From positions 4,130 through 68,129 of the IMG/VR virus record IMGVR_UViG_3300028601_000019: a DNA stretch of 64,000 nucleotides; one strand, 5' to 3'. Every line of letters begins with the position of its first letter. The stretch's first letter is position 1. Shown in pieces: positions 38,711-51,000 of this stretch. The stretch comes from a virus. Taxonomy: Duplodnaviria; Heunggongvirae; Uroviricota; Caudoviricetes. The notes beneath the pieces were generated by a model. It ran no database searches. It was not told the DNA's origin and saw only the letters and a program-made list of their open reading frames with translations. Position numbers and translations under genes: made by a program.

Positions 38711-39082
38711 ATGAATACTACTGTTATGACTAATGAAAGATTAATAGATTTGGCTGCCAAAACTGCTCATAATGTAAACACTGCTTTTTGTGAGGTATAT
38801 GAGCATCCTCATTGTGGAAATTGAGATGAAGCACCAGATTGGCAAAAGGAATCTTGTATCGCTGGAGTTAAATTTCATTTAGAATCTCCAAATGCCACGC
38901 CAGAAGATTCCCATAAGAGTTGAATGGAACATAAAGAAAAATATGGTTGGGTGTATGGAGAGGTTAAAGATGCTGAAAAGAAAACACATCCATGTATGGT
39001 TCCATATGAAAAACTTCCCATTGAACAACGAGTAAAAGACTACCTATTCAAAGCTGTAATAGATAGTATTTTTAAAGGGTAA
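38711..39082 (+). CDS. RyR-domain protein, 123 aa, with 2 in-frame TGA.
   Basis: The motif E.SHKSW...GWVYGEVKDAEKKTHPCMVPYEKLP fits the RyR-domain consensus (H..W..GW.YG...hP.lvpY.eL). Confidence 0.4.
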
Positions 39083-39088
39083 AATAAT

Positions 39089-39271
39089 ATGCTAAAATGA
39101 ATCAACGAAATAACAGCAGACTCACTAAAACACTGGAACACGCAGGTTGAAACAGTAGACGGGTGGAAATTGGCTCGGCCTATAGGAAGAGGTGGGTTTC
39201 TTCGTAGACTATCTAAAGCATGGAAAGTATTCAAAGGCGCAGCTGATGTACTGATCTGGCACAAGCAATAA
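39089..39271 (+). CDS. Small hypothetical protein, 60 aa, with 1 in-frame TGA.
   Basis: Frame verified. Confidence 0.35.
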
Positions 39272-39304
39272 CCAATACGAATAACATTTTATAAAAAAGT
39301 ATTA

Positions 39305-39337
39305 TATATGTCTCCTTACGTAATATAAGGAGACATA
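39305..39337. terminator. Bidirectional terminator hairpin ATATATGTCTCCTTA-cgtaa-TAAGGAGACATATAT between convergent genes.
   Basis: Perfect 15-bp stem. Confidence 0.7.
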
Positions 39338-39838
39338 TATGTATCATTATAATTTAAATTTAATTTTTAATTTTTTTAGAAGTCTTTTGCTTCCAAAATG
39401 AATAGGTGATGGAATTTCATCAAAAGATTTAATTCATTTAAAATCGGAGTGTTCTCAATTTAGTCTAGGTTCAAAAATTTCATCTACTGTTATTATAAAT
39501 GTTGTAAAAACAAAACTACCATCTTCAAAAATATCGAATGGTTTTTCTGAAATTTTAAAGGGGCCATTATATCGCAGTTCTTCTTTAAATTCTCTTTTGG
39601 CTGTTATTTTTGGTCATTTATCATAATCATCGACTTTTCCTGAAACAACAATGCTTCAAGTTCCTGCTTCTTTGACTGTTTTTCATCCGTCTATTGTATC
39701 TTTTTGTCTTTGAAGAACTAAAAATGCTTTTTCTTTCTTAGCGTATATAATAGCACCCGCAGCTTCTTTTCCAAAATAAGATCTTTCAGATTCACCACTT
39801 TTCAGATCCATTCTCAAAAATTTAATAAATTGTGTCAT
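39338..39838 (-). CDS. NUDIX hydrolase, 166 aa, with 6 in-frame TGA.
   Basis: Nudix-box-like SGKVDDYDK-TGA-PKITAKREFKEEL. Length divisible by 3. Confidence 0.45.
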
Positions 39839-39841
39839 AAT

Positions 39842-39866
39842 AAAGGGGAGAGTTTACTCTCCCCGC
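39842..39866 (-). terminator. GC-rich hairpin GGGGAGAG-ttta-CTCTCCCC with a T-run on the minus strand.
   Basis: Lies downstream of the large minus-strand gene. Confidence 0.65.
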
Positions 39867-39870
39867 TCCT

Positions 39871-42800
39871 TTATCCTTTACATTCATCTAATAGCATTAG
39901 AAATTGTGAATATAAACCTTCGGGGTCATCTGTCATAAATGCATCAGTAAATGGTACTCGAATAACACCATCTAAATCTCTTTCTGTATGAAAGACCACC
40001 CCAATTCCAAACTGATTAGAATCTACATACATTTTTTTAGATTTTTTAATAATCTTAGATTCAAAGTCTTGCCAAGGCATCATTTCCTTATGAGTTGGTA
40101 CTAATCCTTGATGAAAAACAAATGTAATAACATTTTTTGATTTAATCATTTCTTGCTCCTGTAGAAAATCTGCAAATGATTTAAAATACTTATTTTCTTT
40201 AATAGCATGGGGATACTGCTTTTTAAGTTTATTCACATATGATTTTGTTGTGAACTTTACTTTGTGTGCTTTAACAATATTAATCTGCGCTTGTGGTCAG
40301 CAAAGTGCTCATTCAGGAGATCTAATAGAATCGGTTCCAGTTCCTGCAACATGATAATGAAGACCTTTTGCTCCAAGATTTACCTCACATTCATATATAG
40401 TCCCAATAGTTCCTTCTTTACGACTAAATCCTTCATCACCAAGATATTGAGCAACTTTCTCAATAACATTAGAAACATAAATACCGCCAACAGTACTAAT
40501 AGTTGCTCTGTGATATAAATCTGAAGGATAGTTTACTATAGCTCTAGTATTTGCTGCACCAGAATCTATAGGAAAATATCCATTTTCCAAATATTCTACA
40601 TAATCATTAGTCTTTTCTATAGCATCACCATCTGCCTTTGCTTTTACTAATGTCATATTGTGGATGTCTAGCATTCTACCAACAGTTGAAGAGTCGTTGG
40701 CCGGAATAACAGTAAATCCAAATCTTAAAATAAAGTTAGAAGCAGTTAATCCCGAAGCATGAAATGCTGGTATGAGATTATCATTTCCAAATCTGGTTTT
40801 AAACTCTTCAAACTGAGGATACTTCATATTAACATTAAATGATTCAAGAAATTCAACTGCTGATGAACCATGCATTCCATTATAATATTTTGAATATTCA
40901 ACTGTCTTCTCATTGAGTTGATCTTGACTTTCTTCAATTTTATCGATTTTAATATCTGGAATTAATGCATCACTCTTTAAAACATCACTTACTCTCTCAA
41001 AATAAGAGGCCCAGGATTCTCGAGGTTTCTTTCTTAACATTGCACCTTTAAATTCAAAGTTATTATAGGTTAATAAGGTTTTAATTCTATTTGGTGTCAA
41101 TTGTGTAAATGGTTTTAGTGGGTTATTCGAAACATAAATATCATTTAAAAGAGGATAAATTAGTAGTTGCTCTTTAAGAGTATTTACTAAGCTATTTTTA
41201 ATTTTATCTGGAAATGCATCTAATAACTTATCAAGATTTTGTATTTTATCTTTGCTAGAAAGCATATCTAACATGATAAATTCAAGACTATTGGTTTTGT
41301 TAAGAAGTCTTTTACCTGATGAAATCTTATCCCAAATTCCACTTACATCCGGATCTGAAAAATATTCTACAAGAGCATCAACTCCATGATCATCATAAAG
41401 CTTTCCAATATAGAATGAGTTCTTATCAAGATACTGAGAGATAACATCTGTTGCTTCTTTAGATGTATAATAATTTGGGTCTCCAAGTCTTATTAAAAGA
41501 AATGAATTCATATAGGATCTTGTAAGAAAATCTTTAAGAGTATCTTTATCAGAAATAAAGTCCAAAAGAAATGAATCTTTTAACTTTTCGGAATCATAAG
41601 AACCAAAATCATCTAATACACTAAAAAGTCGAGCTTTATTATTTTTAGTAGATGTTTGAAAAAGTTCTTTTGCTTCATCCTTAGTTATTATACTTAGGTT
41701 TGCCATATAATTAAGATCTAAAACTATGCTTTTAATTTTACCGCCAGCCAAAAGCTTGTTTTTTAAATGAGTTAAAATTTTATCTTTAAATGCAAGTAAT
41801 GTTGGCTTATTAAGTTTATATGATATAGCCACAGAAAAATAATTATACTCAGTGTCTGAATTCAATTGATCAATTCTTTCATCAATAGCCTTAAAAACTT
41901 TTGCATTTTTGGAAAGATCATAATCTGTATCACGAAATAATTCAATAAATGACCTAAAATTAGAGTGACCAAGATTCTCACTATCTAAATTAACAAATAA
42001 CTCTGTATTATTAAGAATAAAATCAAGAGAAACATTAAAACTTCTAATTAAACTAAAAGGAATATATTCACCAATCAATTTAATTATAAGTTTTATTAAA
42101 TAATAATATTCTGTAGAACCAACAGGCACATTTTTAAATAATGTGTTTACAACTGTTTCATCACTTAATGAATAAACACTCAATGAATTTTGTTGTGTGT
42201 TAGAAGAAATATGATTTAAAAGCTTATTAAAATCATCTCATTTGCCTTTTGTAGCAAAATAAGTTAAACATCTAAATGCCAAAAATTGTTCATACTTTGA
42301 AGCGCCATAATATGGAAATCATTTAAAATTTGAAGGTGTATCGAATACTAAATCTTCAATTAGATATGAGTTATCTAATCTATATTCTCCATATAGATAA
42401 AAAGCTAAAATAATATATTTTGACATATATCTATGATCACTTTTAACTTCATTTAAAAAATCATCATATTTAAGTCCATACTTTTCCATAAATTGTTTAA
42501 TATCTAACCCAGTATCTTGTAAATAAGATTTGTAAAAATTATCTCATTTTGATTCTCCGTCAATAATGTCGGAATTTAACATAGCAAATGTTAGGCCAGA
42601 AGCAACTTTATCTGCAAATGTTAATCGTGAATCTGCTCATTTATATGCATCACATGATTTATTTGTTAACGTTATAAATCTTTTAGCAAGATCTTTTGCT
42701 GGAGTATTATCCTTTCCAATAAATGCAATTAAATCTTCTTCTGGAAGATATTCAATTTGAGCATTTTTAATATAAGAAAAAATAGGAAACTTAGTATCAC

Positions 42801-44085
42801 TATAAATGAAAAATAAAAACTTATCAGTATCAAGACTATGAGAAGCTATAATAGATTTCAGTATTTCAGTACTATCATTCTTAAAATCTCTATCAAAAAC
42901 AAATCTTATATTACTTAATGTTTTATCTAAAAAGTCTTGTGGAACACCAGCTCTAGCTAAACTTCCTATAGTATCTCCAATGAAAGTTTCAATATCATTA
43001 ACAAAAAGATACATAGAATACAAATCACTCATACTATCCATTTTAGAATATAAAAATAATCTACCAAAAGATCGTCTATAATCATCAGCCAAAATAAAAT
43101 CTTTAAAGAAGGTGGGTACTTTAGAAATATCACCAAGAATAGGTGTAAATAAGGTTTCTATATTTGGAAATTCTTGTTTAATAGTGGCAGGTATTGGGTG
43201 AAAAAAGAAAGCTGCAAGATCTTCATATGAAAATGTATACGCAATATGACTTGCAGGAATTCCAAATTTAGCGCAACTTTGAATTACTTCCTTAATAGAA
43301 GAATTATTGCCGTACATATACATTAATATAGCATATTTTGCATGATAAGATGCTCTATCAGAACCAATAAAAGCAACAATGTCATTCCATGTTACCTGTT
43401 TTGTAACTGTAGGAGAAGCAGTAATAACAGAAGTTTTGACAGGGATTGGATCGGGTTTTGGTGCTCCAGTTAATGCAGACTTAACAGGAGACACTGTCTG
43501 AGTTTGTGTGTTAGGATCTATTACATTAGTTGTTGGTGAGCTCTGGGTGCCATCAGTAACACCAGCAAGCCTCTTATACATAACTCTAAATTCATGAGCT
43601 CTTTTATTTTGTAGGGCCAAATTATAAAGCTCTGGAAGCATATCAGCAAGTGTCTTATTACCCTTTACGAAATCCTTAATTAATGCTGAAATTTGTGGGT
43701 ATGGATATACAGAACTAACTTTGATTTTTTTAATAATTTCAGTTCTAACAAGATTCTCATCAAGACCGCCTAATGTTCCGGTTTTAATCTTGGCAAGCAT
43801 TTTGGTAATCTTTGTCATTGTCATATCAGGAATAACCTTCTTGTCATCAATGATCTTAAGAATTACCATTAAATCTGTGTCAGAATCAGTTATCTTTTCA
43901 AGTCTAACTGATGATTGTTTAAAATATTGAATAAGTTTGATATCATCTTTATATTTTGCATAAAGGCCCAAAAATCCTAGAAAATTGATTCAGAATTCAT
44001 TAGTAATTTTCTTTTCCTTAGTAAGAAATTTATCTTTTCCTTCTTGATCTTTTCATATATGGTTCTCAATTAAAAGTTCTCTCAT
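39871..44085 (-). CDS. Very large protein of 1404 aa, read through about 8 in-frame TGA. Its C-terminal third carries an ADP-ribosyltransferase-like R/STS/ExE pattern (FILRFGF ... ATISTVGG ... IYECEV). A candidate Alt-like injected effector.
   Basis: Three standard-code ORFs (39871-40236, 40309-42183, 42637-43971) share one frame. Hand translation of the gaps shows only TGA between them. ATG at 44085 with a GAAGGAGA ribosome-binding site. Confidence 0.5.
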
Positions 44086-44268
44086 TTAAAGAATGTCTCC
44101 TTCAGTGTAATAAAACTATTTATTACTTTCTTGTGCTTTCTTAAACTTAGTAACTATCAAACCTTCACCATCATCTACAAATTTATTGTTATTTTTCTTA
44201 TCCTTTTCTTTCTTCTCTTTTTCTTCTTGAAGATAGTGATTTAATTTTTCATTTATATCGCTCATCAT

Positions 44269-44826
44269 TTAATCCCCTATCAGTTCCACATGTAATTTGT
44301 TTCCTACTTTTTTAAGGATTCTAAATTTAGATTCTTTGTTAAGAAGAATCTCCTCTTCTGCTGCAAAACCACTTAATTCTTTTACAGACATTGCTTTAGA
44401 TCCTTTTGGAACGTGTATTTGTAGTATTGTGGAATCTCTTGACCTTCCAAATCCTATTGCTCGTGTTTCATCAGAAGATGTAGAAACAAACCCCTTATCT
44501 TCAATAACATCATCAAAATCAACTTTAGCAGCAATATGAGCTTTTCCTTTTTTATGAGCGGCCTTTATTTTTTCCTTATATGAATTATAATAGTCTTTAG
44601 TTACTTCTTTCAAATGATGTTTATTTTTGTCAGATTCTTGGACCCCTTCGCTTTTCTTTTCAGTAGACGGCTTATCTATATTGTCAAAATGCTTTTGAAC
44701 ATCATCTAGATGTTTACCAATTAGATCATCATCAAGCCCCTTTAAAATATGTCCATTTTTATCTATTTGAACATGCCGGCCATTAATTGTTATTCATTTT
44801 TCGTTTATATAGGAATAGAAATTCAT
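44269..44826 (-). CDS. ADP-ribosyltransferase (R-S-E class, C3/iota/Alt-like), 185 aa, with 1 in-frame TGA.
   Basis: STS motif GFVSTSSDE. ARTT/ExE motif GFAAEEEILL (compare EQEVLL in C3 and iota toxin). Candidate catalytic Arg in NGRHV. The ATG overlaps the stop of the upstream gene (TAATG). Confidence 0.55.
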
Positions 44827-45116
44827 TACATATCCTCTATTTCATCTTTCCCTTCCTCTTCGGTGGGAACATCTTCTTTATCCAACATTTCAAGTAAACC
44901 TTTAAATTCACCAATATGAACCTTTTCTTCTCTTGCTACATCAAGAAGAACTTCTTTTACTTTCTTGTTCTTTACTTTTCTAGACATCAACTGATACAAG
45001 ACAATTGCATCTTGCTCCGCAACAATAGCCATTCTTAAAATTTCATCATCTGTTTTATCATTGAGATTCATTTCGTTAGATAACATCTCATTAAGTATGA
45101 ATTCTTTAAATTTCAT
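44826..45116 (-). CDS. Ferritin-like/rubrerythrin-family small protein, 96 aa, with an acidic C-terminal tail.
   Basis: The pattern AEQDAIVLY...VAREEKVHIGEFKGLL suggests a ferritin-like ExxH four-helix-bundle half. Translationally coupled to the ART gene. Confidence 0.35.
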   Translation of the reverse strand: MKFKEFILNEMLSNEMNLNDKTDDEILRMAIVAEQDAIVLYQLMSRKVKNKKVKEVLLDVAREEKVHIGEFKGLLEMLDKEDVPTEEEGKDEIEDM

Positions 45117-46535
45117 TTAGGGTTCTTTTAACTCCTTCTCAACTACTTCAAATTTTTCTTTGTCATAGATTCTTAATCTGATATCTCCATATTTAGGAAA
45201 CCATTTATTACTGTGGTCTACCAAATCATATACAATAGCCATATCTTTACTTATATGTTTTCTTAAAACTCTACCAATGCTTTGGCAAATTCTAATAGAA
45301 CTTTTATAGGGAGCAGCAAAAATTAAGTGACCCAAATTTGGAATGTTTATGCCAGTCGAAAATGTGGCATAGGTCGCTAAAACTATAAATTTTTTATCTG
45401 GATTTTGGATAATCTTCTGTCTCCAAATTTCTCTATCCGCAGTGGCCATTGCACCAGAAATAAAAACAATTTTATTATCATCACACAATTCTTGTGAAAT
45501 GAGATGTTGTTTTAAAAATTCACCTTCAGTTTCAACTTTACCAACAAGCAACAACGTGGTTTTCTTTACATCTCTTAAAATGTTTGTAATAATATTTAAT
45601 CTGAAGGGATTTCTGAAAATCTCATCTTTTGCTTCGAAATAATCTTTGCTAAATTTATCATTATATTCAATATGATACATTAAAATTTTGCTATTTGCAA
45701 TGTATCCAAGATCCTGAAGTTCTGATGCTGACACTTCTACTACAATTGGACCCAAATAACTTTTAACATTAAGTACTTCCAATCTAGCATCTGGCATTGT
45801 ACCAGTACAGCCAATTCTATACTCAGCAGAAGAAATCTTTAAAATATCTCTAATAGCGGTTGCTCGTGCCCCATGTACTTCATCTATAATTACGCAGTTA
45901 AATCTCTCAACATTTGTTTTGCAATGTTGTAGACTTTGCCAAGTAGAAATAACTATCTTCTTATCCCACTCTTTAAATTTGGAATATACTCTACCAAGAT
46001 CTTCTTTAAAGAATCCATAATCAAGAATGTCTTTATAAAACTGTTCTACGAGAGAAGTTGTAGGTACAATAATAATAGCATTAGAAATTTTTTTGCAATG
46101 AAGAAGATTCTTAATTATGCCAGCAATGATATAACTCTTGCCTGCACTAGTAGCTGCTCGTAAAATACATTTTTTATATTTAATGGCTTTTCTAATACAA
46201 TTATCTTGATATGGTCTATAATCTCATGGTTCACATTTTTCTAATTCTAGATTATCAAAGTATGAATCTTGTCTTAGAAAATCTTTAACGCAATCTTCGA
46301 TCACCAATTCTGTTTTTGGAAAGTTCTTTTTGTAGAAAGCAAGAAACTCAGTTAATAGACCATACGGAAGAGTCTTCTCATAGATACTAAAAAGATAAAT
46401 TTTACCATCCCAATGACCAACTTTAAATTTTGGATTAAAAGCATATCCCGGGGCATATTCAGCAAAATAATCTTTTAAGGAAAGAAGAATCTCCCTATCT
46501 TCACAGTCTACATAAAAGTGTAGAGCATCTCACAT
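45117..46535 (-). CDS. uvsW: UvsW-like SF2 helicase, about 473 aa, with about 3 in-frame TGA.
   Basis: The N-terminus ALHFYVDCEDREILLSLKDYF...AFNPKFKVGHWDGKIYLF matches T4 UvsW VHFHDFSHVRIDCEE...RFNPRFRYGNWDGRIRLL. Motif I ATSAGKS, motif II DEVH, motif VI QSIGRVLR. Confidence 0.8.
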
Positions 46536-46549
46536 TCTTAGTTTTATCA

Positions 46550-46963
46550 CTACATCCTCTTGTTAGCATCAATGAACCCTTTCATGGACCAATATTGTCT
46601 ATCTAGTCCTTTTACACATAGTTCAAAAAATGCTATTCTTATTTTTTGTTTTCTTAAAATTTCGTTCATTTTTAAATATTTAGGGTCTTTAGGTATGTAA
46701 TATTTCTCAATTTCCTTATTTGTTAGCTCTTCTTCAGTATGAAATCGATATTTATGATAAAGTTCACCAACAAGCTTTTCTTGTAGTTCTTCAAGCTCTT
46801 CATATCTGTTCTTTTCCTTGATGAGTTGATCTTGAAATTTCATACTTTGATATGGGTTATCTTGCAGCTTCTGGCAAATGTTAAGTTCATCAAAAGCTAC
46901 AAGATCATATATAGGATATTCTTTTAATAGGTCATCTACAATTTTATCTTTATCTACAACCAC
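46550..46963 (-). CDS. Hypothetical protein, 137 aa.
   Basis: ORF without TGA. Confidence 0.5.
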   Translation of the reverse strand: MVVDKDKIVDDLLKEYPIYDLVAFDELNICQKLQDNPYQSMKFQDQLIKEKNRYEELEELQEKLVGELYHKYRFHTEEELTNKEIEKYYIPKDPKYLKMNEILRKQKIRIAFFELCVKGLDRQYWSMKGFIDANKRM

Positions 46964-46970
46964 AAATTTA

Positions 46971-47519
46971 TCTCCCTTTCTACTTTAAGTTAGGATATGT
47001 ATCAAAAAATCCTTCTGCTTTTAGATCATCATAATCACCAACAATTGACATATCAAATGGGGTCTTACCATCAATAAGTTCTTTATCCATTCTTTTAATA
47101 ATGATATCTCTAATTTGTTCAGCTTTTCTATCTATATCTTTTAGTGCAAATCCTGCTGTTCAATCAAGAACATTCATAAAAAAGCCATCAACATAAATTT
47201 CTTTGCCCATACCGCTTGTTTCAAATTCATATTCTTTTGGTCTTTTTTGATTAAAACTTCAAGCATTAAGAATCTGATCTTCTTTAAGATCTTTTAGAGC
47301 AGATCCCTTATCTCCCTTCTTTAAATTAATAACCCCTTCTGGGAATATATGTTTGAAATTTTTAATAAAGAGATAAATATAATCTAAGGATCATTTGTTT
47401 CTAAGTTCAAAATTTTTCTTATGAAAGACTTTAAACTCTTGTTTTGTCATTTCTGAATATGGTTTATGACTTACTACTGCTTCGGACATAATGTCTTTTA
47501 ATTTTGTATATAATTCCAT
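46971..47519 (-). CDS. Hypothetical protein, 182 aa, with 4 in-frame TGA.
   Basis: Hand translation. Length divisible by 3. Confidence 0.4.
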
Positions 47520-47532
47520 TATAATAAACTCC

Positions 47533-48507
47533 TTAAGATAGTAAATAATGTTCTATTTTTCCTTCAATACTATTTTCAAAAAGTTTCAATTTTCTTGGAA
47601 GAATGGTTATTGAAACATCTCTCTCCTTTGTAACTCTCTCTAATGATGAGTCACTAAATGAACATTCAATAGGAACAACGTACATAGACGACGTTGGAGT
47701 TAACAAAACTACTGATGTTGAAATATAAGGAGAAGGATTTTCTCTAATTGGACAGAATTTAGTATCTCTCTTCAAATTTTTTGATGTGAGATTTTTAAGT
47801 AATGTTAAAACTTCCAATGGATGATTTGGATTTTCATCTTCAATTGCTTTGATTACCGTATCTCTTCTCATTATAGAAGACTTATACCCCTCGCCATCTT
47901 CTTTAGTATATCCAGCATCTTTTAAAAGAATCCCATGATTAGTTCTTACAACTAGTACATCATCTTTAATTTCTTTGACTTTAACATCATAATCTTCTGG
48001 TGTAATATGTTTCAACAAAATAGCTTTAACATCATCCTCATTTTCAATTGAGTCGATTTCTAAATCTTTAAGAATAGCTTCTTTGGTTTTATTATTAAGA
48101 AATATCTCCAAACAAAAAAGCTTCTCACCATCAGAAACAAGAGTATTACCCTCAAATCTTTCTTCAACTAATGTATCTACAACATCTTGAAGTTTATCCA
48201 TTTTAAGAACTTGTCTTAGAATAACTCCATTTCTACTAGTTTTTCGATTTTTAATAGATAGCCTTTTTTGCCCATCCTTCTTATCTTCATGATTTTGAAG
48301 AGCAACAGAAACAAGCATGATTCCTTTTGAATTGATTCCCTCAGTTCAATCATTATATTCATCGATTAAAAAGGCTGAAGTTGTCTTATCATGAGAATAA
48401 TACTTGATAGAATATTTTGGTTTATAAGCTCTGTCCCTGATCTTATATAAAAATCATTGTTCCTTGCTATTTTTGTTTTTAATCTTCATGCCAACGGCAA
48501 CACACAT
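47533..48507 (-). CDS. Hypothetical protein, 324 aa, with 2 in-frame TGA. The N-terminus is MCVAVG, a possible Ntn-hydrolase-like N-terminal Cys.
   Basis: ORF extended through TGA to the ATG at 48507. Confidence 0.4.
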
Positions 48508-48597
48508 AGAGTTAAAATCTCCATAAAATTAATTTTGTTTTAATTATTTATAAGAAATTAAAGATGTCAATGCCGATTCATTCACCATAGCATTTGT

Positions 48598-48925
48598 TTA
48601 CCCAATCAATATTACATATTAATCTATGCCCTCCGTACTAAGTTAATATATTAACTAACCTATTTCTCCAGGGTTGTAAACAAAGAAAATTCAAAAACAT
48701 TCAAAATTCTCACCTTCTAAATTAATAAGTCCAGAAAACTCAAGATTCTTGATGATTTTAGGAAGCCTAATTATATCAATAACTTAGAAATCCTCCAAAT
48801 TCTTAGTTTTCCTAATAAATCTAAATACTTAGAAGAAATTATCCGGAAAATCATAGAAATGGTGTATAATTATATTGATTTTTTGCAGGATTCAGGAATC
48901 CTAATTATTGTAATAATTTAGGAAT
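48598..48925 (+). repeat. Copy 2 of the 330-bp dispersed repeat (see 23535). It lies between divergent gene clusters.
   Basis: Same palindromes, with compensatory substitutions (AGTTAATATATTAACT). Confidence 0.7.
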
Positions 48926-48966
48926 CCTAAAAGAATTTTTGTTTTTTATGGATGATTATATTTTTT

Positions 48967-48974
48967 CTATAAAT
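48967..48974 (+). promoter_or_regulatory. Late promoter TATAAATA.
   Basis: Exact motif about 35 nt upstream of the 49010 ATG. Confidence 0.45.
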
Positions 48975-49009
48975 AATTAAAACACATTATTATGTTTAGA
49001 GGAAATATT

Positions 49010-49813
49010 ATGACAAGAGCGGAATTACGAGCTAGATTAAAAAGGGATCTTGGTTATCCTTATAACAAAGTAGAAGTGACTGATGATCATTTAAATGATG
49101 CTATTGACGATGCATTAGAAAAATGAGAGGAATGAGCAGTTGGCAATGCTATTAAAGAATATTATTTTACTATTCCATTATCTGCTGGTCAAAGTGAGTA
49201 TGTTCTTCCCGTTTATGTTACAGACGTTCTGGGCTTCAAATCAGACACTTGGAGTACCGGCATTAATACTCTATTTACCATCGAGAATTTCTTATACACA
49301 CAAGGATATATTGATCCTCAGCAATTTATGGGTTCTGGTGGGTTAATTGGATATCAATTGGCTATGGATTATATCGAGACATTAGAACGATACATGCCCG
49401 AACAATATACATTTAAATATGCTAGACATAAAAAAATTCTTCAATTAAGTCCTACACCCGTCTTGAAGGATATAAGAACAATCAATGGCACAGCGTGAGA
49501 TTTTGCTGGATATCTTTTGGTTAGATGTATGGCGTATGATGGCTCCTTTGTTACTGGTTGAACATATGAAGATTTTGAAGATCAGTCCTTAAGTGAAGGC
49601 TGAGTTAAAAAATATTCGCTAGCAAAGTTAAAAACAACGGTTGGTCAAATTAGAAGAAAGTTTTCTGGGTATGGTTCATTAGGAAATACTGGAATTACGT
49701 TAGACGGTCCCGAACTTATTTCTGAAGGCAAAGAAGAGATGGAAAAATTAATTGAAGAATTAGATACAAATTATGCCTATGAAGGTTATGGAATCTTTAT
49801 GGGTAGCATGTAA
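49010..49813 (+). CDS. Putative virion structural protein, 267 aa, with 5 in-frame TGA.
   Basis: Late promoter. Frame verified at both ends. Starts a structural gene block. Confidence 0.4.
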
Positions 49814-49828
49814 AAGGAGAATATGTTA

Positions 49829-50157
49829 ATGGAACTAAAATATGGATGGATTTGCCCATTATGTGGAAAGGCTTTAAGCCCAGATACTAAAGCTTGCCTT
49901 TGTTACAAGGAAAAGAAAAAAGAAGATGTTGAAAAAAAGGATTCAAAGCCAGAGGAAAATGTTAAAATTTCTCCATGAGATTTGTCAAAAATTAATGATC
50001 CATTTCCAATTTATAAATGAGTAAAGCCTTATAATCCCTATGAAGATCAACCAATGTTTAGATTTTACACTTCTGGCTCAAGTGATCCATGTGAAGGATG
50101 CCAAAATAAAGGAAATGGTTTTTGTCATTGTACACTAGGGATTAAAACAACCTATTA
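49829..50157 (+). CDS. Cys-rich small protein of about 109 aa with a zinc-ribbon-like region. Boundaries approximate.
   Basis: CPLCGK...CLCY and CEGC...CHC motifs. The end frame was not reconciled. Confidence 0.3.
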
Positions 50158-50167
50158 AGGATTTAAA

Positions 50168-50518
50168 ATGGAAAAAATTGAATTACCAACACATATATCA
50201 GGTGATTGATGGAATGGTATGGGTCCAATAACTGTAAAAGTTAATGGCGATCCATTGAATATAACAGGGACTGAAATAAAAATGCAAATCCGTAGAAGTC
50301 GAAAACCTAATGAGGTTGTTCTTGCTGAATGAACTACAACTGATGGGACAATTGAAATTATTAATGGTGTAAATGGTGTATTTAATATCGTGGGAAGAGA
50401 GCTTTCTCTTCCTGGTGGTAATCTTTTTTCTGATGTTCAAGTTACTACATTAGATGGAAGATCATTTACTATTATTCCAGAAATAGTTTGAAATGTTATA
50501 AATGATATAACAAGGTAA
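50168..50518 (+). CDS. Hypothetical, likely structural, protein of 116 aa, with 4 in-frame TGA.
   Basis: Frame verified. Confidence 0.4.
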
Positions 50519-50524
50519 TTTACT

Positions 50525-50785
50525 ATGGGAAACATATTTGAGGTAAATGTAGAAGGTATTGTAGATAATAAATATGATATTGATATTGGATTAACAACAA
50601 ATGATATTAGTATTGATATTATTAAAGAAGAGAAAAATTATGAAATTTCAATTGAAACAATTACATCCACTTCTCTTGTTAGTCCAAATACTGGAAATAG
50701 ATTAATAAGAACTATTGAGGGTGGATTATATGTACCAGAAATAGATATTGATTTAGTTTCTATATATGAAGAGGCTAAACTTTAG
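50525..50785 (+). CDS. Hypothetical protein, 86 aa.
   Basis: ORF. Confidence 0.4.
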   Translation: MGNIFEVNVEGIVDNKYDIDIGLTTNDISIDIIKEEKNYEISIETITSTSLVSPNTGNRLIRTIEGGLYVPEIDIDLVSIYEEAKL

Positions 50786-51000
50786 GAGTTAATATGACAA
50801 GTGAAGAAACATTAATAAATTTCGCACGAGCGGTTGGTTTAGACATAAAATCAATTAAGAATTCCATGGGATCTTTAAGTGACTTTGAAATTGTTAATCC
50901 ACTAGAAAGTGATTTAATACAATACAAAAGTGGTAAATGAAAAAATATTAGAAAAGAAGTAATATCAGATGGTGGAAACTTTTAAGGGGGATTAATATAA

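Noticed and set aside
39040-39264. ORF 39040..39264(-).
   Set aside because: It is antisense to two plus-strand genes whose frames were verified codon by codon.
23535-48925. Possible CRISPR array from repeated sequences.
   Set aside because: The repeats are 330 bp and 66 bp, each in only two dispersed copies, with no short regular repeat-spacer periodicity. No cas genes apart from a Cas4-like nuclease.
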